From Cystobasidiomycetes sp. EMM_F5 (taxonomy: Eukaryota), in NCBI GenBank assembly GCA_051047955.1, contig JBPGPT010000034.1, forward strand, positions 124,001-167,068: a stretch of 43,068 nt of DNA, written 5' to 3'. This document shows, piece after piece, positions 24,568-35,901 of the stretch. The notes below the pieces were generated by a model. The model did not search any database. It saw nothing but the letters and a program-made list of their open reading frames with translations, and was not told the origin of the DNA. The position numbers were made by a program, and so were the translations under genes. The first letter of the stretch is position 1, and every line of letters starts with the position of its first letter.

Positions 24568-27500
24568 ATGTACCCGACCAACCTGTACAAGCCCATGTCG
24601 CGGGAAGAGCTCATAGCCAAGGGGAGACTGCCGCCCTCGCCGTCTGAGCCCTCGCCGCTGTCCTCATCGGCCCCGTCAAGTTCAGCCAACGAAGTAGCGG
24701 ATGGCTCGCACAGCAAGCGCCAGCAGACGCCCCCGATAGCTGGTGTGGGCAACGCTGGACCACCAGGCTCAGCGTCAGTCAGCTCGCTGCGACGTCGCGG
24801 TCTGGATCGGTTGTCTGGCGGTCTCCGAGAATTCAAGACTGAAGTGCTCTCGAGACGGGCTGCACGAGGCGCTACCACTCCCGCTCCGACATCGTCTTCC
24901 TCGACTTCTGCAAGCTCTCCGGTCCCCGCAGCCTCGTCGGCCAGTCTTTCGGGTTCCGTTCCACACCGCTTATCGTCGTCGTCGTCGAGCGCTGCAAAGG
25001 TAGGCCGTGCAGCCAATGCTCGGGGACATGCACCATCTAACGTCGTTGCGTCGTGCGGACGTATGCCCTCAGACTTCGCCAGACCGTAGCCGGAATGCCC
25101 CGTCGCCCTCATTGCCAGCAGCAAGTTCGGCCATTGCTCGCTCGGCCTCGAGCACAACTCCCCCGATATCAGCAGTCTCTGGCTCATCGTCAGTGTCCCC
25201 TTCGACATCCTTGGCAGCCTTGACAAACTCGGTCGGGATACGCGATGACTGTTCATGCCAAAATGGTCAGACGGGAGCAGCGACAAACGGCACATCAACC
25301 TCCTCTTCTGCACAGTCGAAAGATGGCACACAACCATTCACCGGCGCATCTATCGTCGCCACACCCCCGAGCATGTCGCCCTCGTCATCGTACTCGATGG
25401 GCAGTTCAACAGACAATACGAACAACCTATCGACCTCTGCGCCCAACAGCGCCAAAAATGATGGATTCGCCGTAAAAATCAAAGGTACAGGACATTCAGA
25501 CTCTTTGGATGGGGCAATCCACCATCTCAGCACTGGCATGCCGTACAGGAAGCCGTCCACTGTACTCTCTGCCTCATCCGCTCTATCCCCAGGACCAACG
25601 TCCGCAGCGTCGACAGGCCCGCTGTCAGCAGCTTCCACCACATCTTCGTCCATGAGCGCACTCATGAGCGCACCATCGTCCGTCAATTCGAGCAATCCTA
25701 TGCGAAAAGCACCAAATTTTGTGCTCGTTACTCAGGACCACGAAAGCTTGTCACGTGTCAATATTTCTGGTCTGCCCACCCCGGCAGCGATCCGAGAACG
25801 ACTGTACGCTCGCGCATGCATCTCGGACGATGATATCAAGCATTCGTCGCTCCATCTATCGTCACTCGACACGGCAGACCCTGGTCCGGCCTTGTCGGAT
25901 AATGAGGTGTGGGCGACATGCCAGGCCGTATTGCGAGGTGAAGTTCATCCTGCTCCCCTCTTTTTTGTGGCTTTGGCTCCACCTGGAAGCGACGCGCAAG
26001 ATGCTGCATCAATACCTGGCACTGATCCGATTTCGTCTGCCAACGGTGGTCCAACGCACGACACTGCTCATGCAAGGCCACCTCCATCGCCGCTGACGAC
26101 AACGGCGGACGCGCCGGCCCACCTTGATGCAAGTGAGCGCACATCGGCCAACCATCCTTCCGCCATTGCCGGTCAAAGTCGGTCACACACGCAAGACCAA
26201 TCGTCGGGACTTTCGTTCGGGAATTCATCTCTAGCGACACACTTGCGACGGGCATCAGACCACGATCCACCACAATCCTCCCTGATTGATGATCTGAACG
26301 GCAACAGGCGAGCATCAGCAGGCGCTACTACACAATTGCATACTCGTGCAAGTAGCGCAGACCGTTCACGCTTTAGCTCTGGCGACCTCCCGGGTAGTGA
26401 AAGTCCAGCCGAGTTGTCACAAGCCGTATGGACCCGAAGACAGTCGTCCGAAGCTGTACAGGGCATCGGCGGCTTAGTGACAGGCTCGCCGCACCTACCG
26501 CCTATACGACAAGATCAGGAGTGGCCAGAACCTAGAGTACAGACACAGGCGCATGGTATTTCGCGAAGACAGGACAGACAGTACCAGTCGGAAGCGACAC
26601 CGGCTTCGGCTTGGGACACTCGTCCCGGTGATATAGCATCTATGCGTGCAAGTGGTTTCAGTCCGTCAGGACCCATTTTTATGTCGCCTCAGCTGTCGCA
26701 AGGCCATAGCAGCAATGTTATGACAGAAGCAGCAGCGTTCGCTGGCAGGCCACGGTCCAATTCAGGATCGTTTCCTCAGACCGGCGCACCGGCTGGGCCT
26801 TCAGGTACGTAGTCCGAGGTTTCTGCCCAGCTTACAGACCTGATTGTGTCTGCAGGATCCATATCAAAATCACGGCCGGCCCCTAACGCTGGCTTTGGGC
26901 CGTCTGGACCTTTGCATTTCCCTCAGCCGGGTCAGCACGCAAAGTCCGTGCCACAGCCTAGACAAGCATACCCTCCGCAGCAAATGTACGACCAAGCGTA
27001 TGAGCGTGATAATGCCGCCAATACCTCTCGCAACGTATATCCTGCAAAGAGCATGGATAATATGAGACCTTTCGATAACCAATCAGCAGCTACCAAATCA
27101 CAAAATCCGATGCCGACATACCCCGCATACGCTAGGGTAGGGCCATCCAACGCGCATTCACAGCATCACGGTACCTTATCCGAAAGTGCGCACAGTCATA
27201 GGATGCAGCCGACAACTTCGGAGGCAGGGTCCCATCTACAGCGTGCGCAGACTGCATTCCTGCCACCAGCTGTATCGGATACCGGTTCGCAAATGCATCG
27301 CGCGCACACTGCTTCTACCTCTCAATCACGTACAGCCTCAGCGAACTATCCCCCTCCTTCGGCTCAACCACGCTTACCACCCATCAATGCTACCAATCGC
27401 ATACCATCATACCCTCCCTACTCTCCAGGGCAATATTCGCAGGGCCCAGCCACGCACGACAGGCAATTGTCCGCCGATCAGATCGCGTTGATGCCGCCAA

Positions 27501-30500
27501 GGGCCCCGTCTGCAATTCATCAATTAGCCGGTCCGCAGCGTATCGCCCTTCAACCCGGTGAGACTGTGCAGGAAGCGATGCGGCAGCAACAGCTGCGTCA
27601 GCAAAGACAACGAGATCAGCAGACTTCTCAGCATTCGCGTACACCATCCCTCGAGAAGACGATGCGTCCTCAGTATTCACCTTCAGGGCATCAGGCACTT
27701 TCGTTGCAAGAGCAGCAATTGCGAAAACCTCAATTTGTCGACGATGCAGCTTTTGCTCAATCTCCGCCACCGGCTTTCCCGGAGACCATGCCTGCTCAGC
27801 CTAGTCCTCGACTAAACGCATTCGAACGCCAAGATGAGCAACGTCGTTCGAAGACAAGCCCTCCGGCCTCTATCGCAATGCACACTCCTTCATCCCAAGA
27901 ATCCGAAGGTCGTTCCCCTAGTCATGCAGCGCGTGACTACGAAACTCGTTCTCCCGCATCGTCGAGACCGTCCACCTCGTCCGAACCCGAACACATTGGC
28001 GATCGTCCTGGCAGCTACTCGTCGGCCAGCACCACTGATTTAGTGACTCCGATTAATGACAACGCTCCGCAAAGCTTAGCCGGCGGGAAAGCAGCAACGG
28101 CTTCGGCTAACAAGCAATCGCATCGCATGGACAACACAGCTTCCAATGATGCCGCAGTATATGCGGGTGTCGATCTCCTTCGCGATCGCATTGATGCAGC
28201 AACAGTTCCGACACCATCCCCCAGCGCGGGCAAAGTGATGGATTTCCCCGGAGACTCTACTGCCATCAACGAAGAATCAGATACCTTGAAGGGAAAAGAG
28301 TGGTCAGATGCATTCGTGAAAATGCATAACACCAACCGGGACAAGCCAGCCGAATCTTCAGGCCCGAACAAAGCAGCAAACCAGCGCACAGCCGACGGTC
28401 GCAGCAAGACGGAATCTCGATTTCAGCATCCGAAGCGCATACCCATACCAGCTCCGATCATCGCGTATAATCCCGACGAAGATGATGATGACGATGTCAT
28501 GACATGGGCCGTACAAATGCAACCAACAAAACCTGTTGTCGGGAAAGAGGTAACGCCAACCACACCACCGGACCGTCAAGTCTTGGACACATCGGCTGGC
28601 TTACTCGTCACTCCGAAGCGCGATGAGGATGCTAATTTGCCTTCGCCAAGATCTGACCGACCTGCTTTGCGAGTGCAAACAAACGCTTTCGCTGGTGAAA
28701 GCGATGCTCCTACCGGTACATCAAAAACTGCCACCAATCACCAATTGCCACTGACTGTACGGGGAGTCGACACTGAAAGACGGAGTCCCTCTCCGCGGTC
28801 GGCCGGCAGACGCGCTCGACAAGTTCCAGCAGAATACCCGTTCATGGGCATGACTCCCGCATCAGCTTCAAGAACCCCAGACCGTGAACGTCAGGCCGGA
28901 GTAGAAAATGTCCCATCTGCTTCGCGGGAAATGGACAGGCGTGCGTCCTTCGACACAAATAATTGGGCTTTCCGGCCGCCTGTTGAGCAGGTCTATGACA
29001 ATCTGGAAGACTTTTTCCCGAATCACGATCTTGACAAGCCGATTGTCGATGCTTCTTCTGCAGCACCAAATTCTGGCATGTCGTCGCCCGGTCTAGAAGC
29101 CCTTCCTCAGCCGTCGCCCACGGCGGCCCGGCAGGCAGCTCAGGAAGCAGAGACATCAGCAGCCGTTCCGAGCAATTCTTCGAAGTCGACACAAAAGGTG
29201 GACACTGTGCCCGAGCTACCCATAGTCCCTGCAGCTCCGAGTGATCCTGGTCGTCGCTTCAACCAGAACCGCAAGAGTATGCGAATGGTTGCGCAAGACC
29301 GCAAGATTCGCCTCAAGAGAGACGACGTAGCTGTAAAACCGGTCCTCGGTCCGATGACAGAACGAGAAGCTAAATTGGCGCGACGGAAAAGCACGAAAGT
29401 CTGGGGCAAGAAGATTGAAGAGGTTACGGCGGCCGAGGCAGAGCTCTTGAATTCCGCAAAGCTCGACTCACCTGGTCGAGACGAAGGTTCCATCAAATGG
29501 GTCAAGGGAGAATTGATCGGCAAAGGCACTTACGGTCATGTGTTCCTTGGCTTCAATGTAACGAATGGTGAGATGATCGCCGTCAAACAGGTTGACTTAC
29601 CCAGGACGGCAAACGACAAAGACGATGCTCGTCAACAGGGCGTTGTTGAGGCTCTTAAGTCTGAAATGGAACTTCTGAAAGATCTCGAACACGAGAAAAT
29701 TGTATCGTATCTCGGCTTCGAGCAGACGTCAGCACATCTTTCCATTCTGCTGGAATACGTTCCAGGAGGCAGTGTTGGCCGGTGCTTAAGGAAACACGGA
29801 AAATTCGAGAAAGAAGTTATACAATTCTTCACGACTCAGATCTTGGAGGGCTTGGAGTATTTGCATCAGCGGGGCATCCTGCACCGAGATTTGAAGGCAG
29901 ATAATATCTTGGTCAAGATGGATGGCACGATTAAGATTAGTGATTTCGGCATTAGCAAGAAAAGCAGTATGTTTCTCTGATGCGAAAGAGGCGCAGATCG
30001 GCTGACCTCAACTTTGGTACTCACAGACGACATATACAATAACAACTCAAATATGTCCATGCAGGGATCCATTTTTTGGATGGCGCCTGAGGTGGTTTCC
30101 AATGCGCGCAAAGGCTATAGCGCAAAAATAGATATTTGGTCGTAAGTTCTTACATCATTTGGCACTTCCAGTATCGATACTCATGACAATAAAATAGGTT
30201 GGGATGCGTCGTTCTGGAGATGTTCGCAGGTCGGCGACCATGGGATTCCGAGGAGGCGATACAGGCGATGTTCAAGCTGGGCGCCGAGCGACTTGCCCCG
30301 CCGGTGCCAGCCGACGTCAAACTGACTAGTCAGGCCTCCCATTTCTTGAAGGAGTGCTTTCATGGGTAAGCGGCAAAGGGTCGTTTCGCACACACGTTCA
30401 CGCTGAAATCGGGCCTCATTAGCGATCCCGAAAAGCGTCCTGTGGCGTCCAAGCTTTTATGTCACAAGTTCCTTACATTGGACAAGGATTGGGAGTTCCA

Positions 30501-30587
30501 GATGAGCTCCCTTTATAAGTGCGTTGCATCGGCAAACGAGAGCGTACATCGTACTGATATTGTTCCCGCAGAGCGATGAATGCGTAG
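24568..30587 (+). CDS. BCK1: Cell-wall-integrity MAP kinase kinase kinase (Bck1/Mkh1), multi-exon
   Basis: C-terminal STE11-family kinase (KWVKGELIGKGTYG, AVKQV, HRDLKADNIL, KISDFGISK, MQGSIFWMAPE, GYSAKIDIWS) plus the Bck1-type motif WAFRPPVEQVYDNLEDFFPNHDLDKPI. The start codon is tentative. Confidence 0.92.
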
Positions 30588-30764
30588 ATGAGCTCGTGTA
30601 AAATTGGACGATATGAGCTACGATGAACGATCTGGACATGTTTTATGAAGTGTATCTATCGAGTATCATGATGTAGTTATGGATAAATGGACGGAAATGA
30701 CCAACGATGGCGCTCGAGAATTACTGTGGTGATGCTTTGTCCAGCCTCAAAACTACATAGATAA

Positions 30765-31246
30765 TCACAGAAAGACGACATATCCTGTCGGACTGATAAA
30801 GGCTTCCCCGACGAGTGGAACTTTGGCACCTGCTTGCAATTTCGCCTCATTCTCCGCAATCACAGCTTTGTTAGATACCGCAATGAAGGCTCGATGGGTT
30901 TGCGTCTTGCCGAAGTCGTCCTTGAAGTGCACGTTCAAATCGATCTTAGTCTCTTCACGGACACCCAGCTTTAGGAACGGCTGAGCTGATGGATTAAGAC
31001 GAGTGTAGTTCAATCTAAATCAAGGAAACGTCGATCAGTCGTCATCTTCCGTCGGTCAGCTTACAAAAGGACATACCCAAGCGCCTGAGACGTCGTAAGC
31101 GGTTCACCAACAATCTGTTGGCACTGGTATAGATAGGCTTTCGAGGTATCTGCCAATGTTGATTGGCTTGTAGCCACATCGCTTTCGGGTGCACTGTTAG
31201 CCATAGCAGCTTCAGCGTAATCTCGGAGCGAGCGAAGGCCTTGCAT
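30765..31246 (-). CDS. Hypothetical protein, about 143 aa; intron 31015-31064
   Basis: A GTAAGC donor, CTGAT branch site and TAG acceptor join two ORFs in frame. No family recognised. Confidence 0.6.
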
Positions 31247-31457
31247 TGTAGCCTTGGGAAAATTGTAAGCACACTATCAGTATTCGGAAGGTGTAGTGTC
31301 GGTGAGTCGGACGTCAAGATTAGTAGGGAGTCAAGGCGAGGGATGTCTTTGGCTTTCCGATCATCAGAACGGTTTGACGGTTAGGAGCCGCTTTCAGGTT
31401 GTCATCCGGTCGTGCTTTCCACAACCCAAACAAGAGCAGCCACTACGCTCAGCTCTC

Positions 31458-34400
31458 CTACTTCTTACTCTTATTCTTGCCCTTGACAATCCTGAAGTCA
31501 GCTGGCGTGACGGGTTGTGGCGGAATGAACTTGAGAGCCTCGGCCATGTTCTTGACTTTAGGCGGCGCGAGCGTTGGTGCTGCTATCGATTTTCCGGCTT
31601 TGATAGCGCGTACGTCTGAGGCGCGTTTGTCAGCAAATGCCTCGGCAAAATGTCGGCCATCCAGGGTTCGTGACGAAGAGTATACGCTATCGGCTATGAG
31701 CTCTCTGGTTCCCTTGTCGATGGGCACGGGAAATGACAAGAGCATTTGTACAAATTCGTCGACTGCGTTGGCAGATTAGCTGAGATCTATAGAGCCCCAG
31801 ACCTGATATGATAACTGACCTGAGACGTCGATGCCTTGTAGAGCAGCCTTGCACCATTTGAGTAGCTCTGGGGAGGCGGGCACGACACTCTCGTCCGCTT
31901 TCGCAGCAAGACTGGACTCGCTGCCTCTTGCGGTTAATAGGGGTGCTTTCGGCGGAGCTGCCGCTGCTTGTGACACGAGTGGGCGCGGTATAGACGGCAC
32001 AGTTGCCGGCACTGCAGTGCTCACAATCTTCGGCACCCCAACAGTAGTCCAACCAACATTGTTATTGCCCGCCGCAGTCTGCGCTCATGTCAGCTACTAC
32101 TGATATGAAGAGAAATGACGAGACGTACAGCCTTGGCAGCTGAGCTGGCGTAAGCCTTATTTGCATTCTGACCAGCGATATTCTGTTGCATGGCTTCTGC
32201 CTTCTTCCGCTTTGCTTCTTCCTCCTGGATTTCCTTCAGCGAAAGAGTCTTTTTGACTGCATTGGCGGTGGTTGTCGTTTTCGGCGCAGGGCGCGCCCAC
32301 GGCGACGGTGCCGACACAACAGGAGTGATAGGGCTATCTGCCCATTTGCTTGACACGGGCAGACTTTCTGTAGCTTGCTTTGCGAGCCTTTCTGCGGAAG
32401 CAGTCTCTTCTGCAGCCAGGCGCAAAGCGGCCTGGCGCTTCTCAACAGCTTTGCGTGCAGCTGCCTCCTTCTCCTCCTTCGCCTGAATCTCCTTTAGGCT
32501 CAATGTACCCGCAGGAAGTGCCGAGGGAGACGCTAGAGGAATTGACTCGTCGGCTTTAGCCCAGGGGGCAGTCCTGCCATTGACAGCATGGTTAATGGGA
32601 TCGTGCGACAGATTGACAAGAGAAGCCGAGGACAGCTCATGTGTCCCTGACGTAATTTTTGGATGTACAGCCTTCTTCTGTTTGTCAGTCGCTGGTAGAC
32701 TGGCTAGCGTTCCCTTATCGCTGCCTTGAGGAACTCGCGATGCTGAAGCCGTCGGAGCTGATGTGACCGCGGGAGTGGCCATCGACCCTGTAACAGGGAG
32801 TTTGTGCTGTGCTGATGTAACCTGAGGGGCATCACCAGTCTTACTAGCAGCACGGATTGACTTAGGTGATTGCAAGGCAGGCGATGGCTTGCTTTCGGTG
32901 ACAGGAGTCGCTGCAACAGCTGGCTTGCCCGACTTCACTACATCTCCATCTGTCTGATCGTTCAGGTGGTGGATGAGCGCTTCATTTGGCTTGTCATGCC
33001 CCGTACTTTCGCCATTGACGAGACCTGTCTGCTCAACAGGACGTGACAGAGCAGCTCCTGTCAAACTCGCTTTATTGCCATTCGCAAGAATCTCTGAGGA
33101 TCGACTAGCGGGAAGCTGCTGCTGTAGAGTCTTGAATGAGGTTGAACGGCCTATGGGAGAAGGTAGGACTGCATCGGTAGAGCGAGCTATACTGTTTGGT
33201 AGCGCTGAAAGCGGATCGGGAGCTATTGCTTGAACCGAAGCAGATCTGCTGATAGCTGGAGAAGATGTTGAAGTCGGCAGAGTATCTGCCCATGGATCGA
33301 TAGGTACAGCTTGTTCCGGCTGGATGTGTTGACCCTGTAATTGACCGAGGAGATCTTCACCGCGCGAGGGAAGTGAGTACCCACTTCCGTGGCTGGAATT
33401 GAGACGTAGATTAACCGAGCTACTTCGACTTGGCGGCTGAGGCGCATAAGGATGCTGTTGGGGCTGTTGCCACATCATCGGACTCGCAACGCGATGTAGC
33501 GTTGGCGAGGCGGTGATTGATGGTTGATGGCCAATGTTTATACCAGGAGGACCGAATACTCTCGGTTGACTAGCCGAGAAGAACGGTGTTTGCGCATCTC
33601 CTAGTCGGATTATCATGCCGCCGAGAGTTTCATAGTCTGTCGCGTCTATCCGCCTGACCAGCAGTGATTCCGTAAAGTAGCGCTGCTTGTACCATTCTTG
33701 CATCTGTATAGCCGAGAACGGTCCCTGGACTTGGCCAGATGGATCGCGATAGCACCACTCGATACTTTCCGGTCGAGACGCTGGTGCATGCATCCGTGAA
33801 GCAGGTTGTTGAGGCATCTGCATCTGTAGCTGAGCCATCGACTTCTCTTGTACGGGTGAACGCCTGGCTAATATCTCCAGACCTTCGACAGTTTCGCGCC
33901 GAGTTGGTGTTTGAGCTTGCGGCCCGCTGATGCCGGCTTGCGAGACATCATTACCGATGTTCAAAAGAGACAATGGAGTGACCAGACGCTGTGAAAGTGT
34001 AGTTGGTACAGGTCGCGGCTGCTCAATCACTGGTGTCCGAGTGTTGAGTCCTGCTGATAAGGCTGTTGCGAGAGGATGAGCTTCTGACGGAAAGACCAGT
34101 CCTCGCGCAGCAGTACTGGGTGACGGAGTTGGTCCTAATAGATCATCCCACATCAATGACGCAGCAGGGCGAGCGCCGATGGCAGATTGATTGCTAGCGT
34201 CAACACCGTTCTGCGCAAGAGCTGCAGCGTCGCTAGACGCGCTGTTGCTATTGCTGTCATTGGCATCGCTTGTGGAGGACAAAGTGAACTTGGGTCTTTC
34301 GGCGGCTATAGGGTCTTTTTCAAGCGGTCGCCATCGCCCACTCAACGCTGATGCCCCCATCGGTGCGGCAGCCTCATTGACTACATGACGCTGAGGCTGT

Positions 34401-35474
34401 TCAGACTCTTTGTCGCCCTCATTCTCGTCAGTGTTGGATGACCCAGAAGCCGAACCAGAGTCTTCGTCTCGGAGGTGCCTCCAGCGGTTGCTTGTCCATG
34501 CCGGCGTTGTTGGAGTCTGTCGCTCTCGGTCGGTCGCGCTGGTGATGGATTGTGTCGAAAGCCGTGCACCCCTTCCCAGACCGAGCAGCGGTCTCTCTGA
34601 CACTGGACTTGGCGCTGCGTCATCATCGGAAACCTTTGCAGCAGTCTGCCGACTACCCAGTCCGACTCCAGATAGGACGCCGCCTTGTATTCCCGCAAAT
34701 CGCTCACTAGTCAGACTGCGACGAACTGTTCCACTACCACTTGGTGCAGCTATGCCGTTACAGTATTGCAATGTCAGCCTGCCATGCGCTGTTTCGGGTT
34801 TCAATGACAATTACCATAGGCATAGTCTGTCTGACCAGGACGAGTGCGGCGTTGCGCATAAGCGGCACTGCTATCCTGTTTTTCCAGCTCTAGACGCTGC
34901 TGTTCTGGCGACTGTAGGCAATAGTACACCACGAACTCGTTCAGTCTTGCCTGTCATTCAAAATTTAGGCATCAGGAACTGGGCCCACCTCGCACAGCGC
35001 GTACAGGTGCTCGAGGTTTACGCCAGTCGAGCGCTCCTTTGACCACAGTCTGAGAAGCTGCGGCCTCGTATACAGCGTCTTGAATCGCTTTGCCGACGCC
35101 GACAGTCTTGGATGCTGCTGGTCAGACGACGGTACCAACAACGACGACGACGGGGGCGTGGATGGCGACGAGCTGCTCGACGTTGAGCTCTCCGCCTCAG
35201 CCATCATCGTCGTCGCCGTGACTGGCTTGGGCCTGTCCCTTTCCACGACTGCCGGTGATGGGCCTCTATCCTTTCGGGCGCCCATCCCAGACAGCGCTCC
35301 AAACACATCTCCAGCCGTGTTGGCAGAGTGCTTTCGCGCGTGGAGCAGGCCTGGTCGCCCACTGGCAGTCAGCATACTGTCCTGGTCACTGGCGACGTTG
35401 CTGCCTGAAGCAGTCGCCGGGCTCGCTCTGGCTGGACGGCGTGTAGCTCTGGCTGCAGAACTGTAGGATGCCAT
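31458..35474 (-). CDS. GYF-domain protein (Smy2/Syh1/GIGYF-like), multi-exon
   Basis: GYF domain WCYRDPSGQVQGPFSAIQMQEWYKQRYFTESLLVRR, two LSLKEIQxxE repeats, and C-terminal ELLKWCKAAL...MLLSFP...IADSVYSSSRTLDGRHFAEAF. Confidence 0.9.
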
Positions 35475-35901
35475 GGTTCTTTGTGTGAATGCAGACTTTT
35501 TGTATTGGCGTGCAGGATTTTATTGTGGTTGTATGGCAATAGGGTCGGAAAAGACAATGAAATTTGTAGAAACTACCTCTCCGCTCAAACGGCAAGTTGG
35601 CATAGCTTGAGCATCGAAAAAGGTGTGAAAATCCAGCTAAAATTACAAGGGGAAACGACTACTCCTCAGAAATGTCAGAAATGTAAAGATTGCTCGAGAA
35701 AAGGTAATGTTTGGATGGGATGACAGCTGGTGCAAGTATGGATCGGACTCTCGACGAGTGTGTGACGTGCAACGTGCTCACTCGATTGCAGCGCAATATT
35801 CTGGAGCTTGCGACATTGGTACATGCCTACGCAAAGTGTCCCTTGCTGTGAGACAACGCCTTCGCACATTCAGATATGAATGGGCGCAAGTATTGCCCTC
35901 G

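Noticed and set aside
24543..25337. Long antisense ORFs (264 aa here; also 34410-35042, 7621-8199 and 41355-41870)
   Set aside because: These are shadow frames of GC-rich, low-complexity coding exons on the opposite strand, with no recognisable domain.
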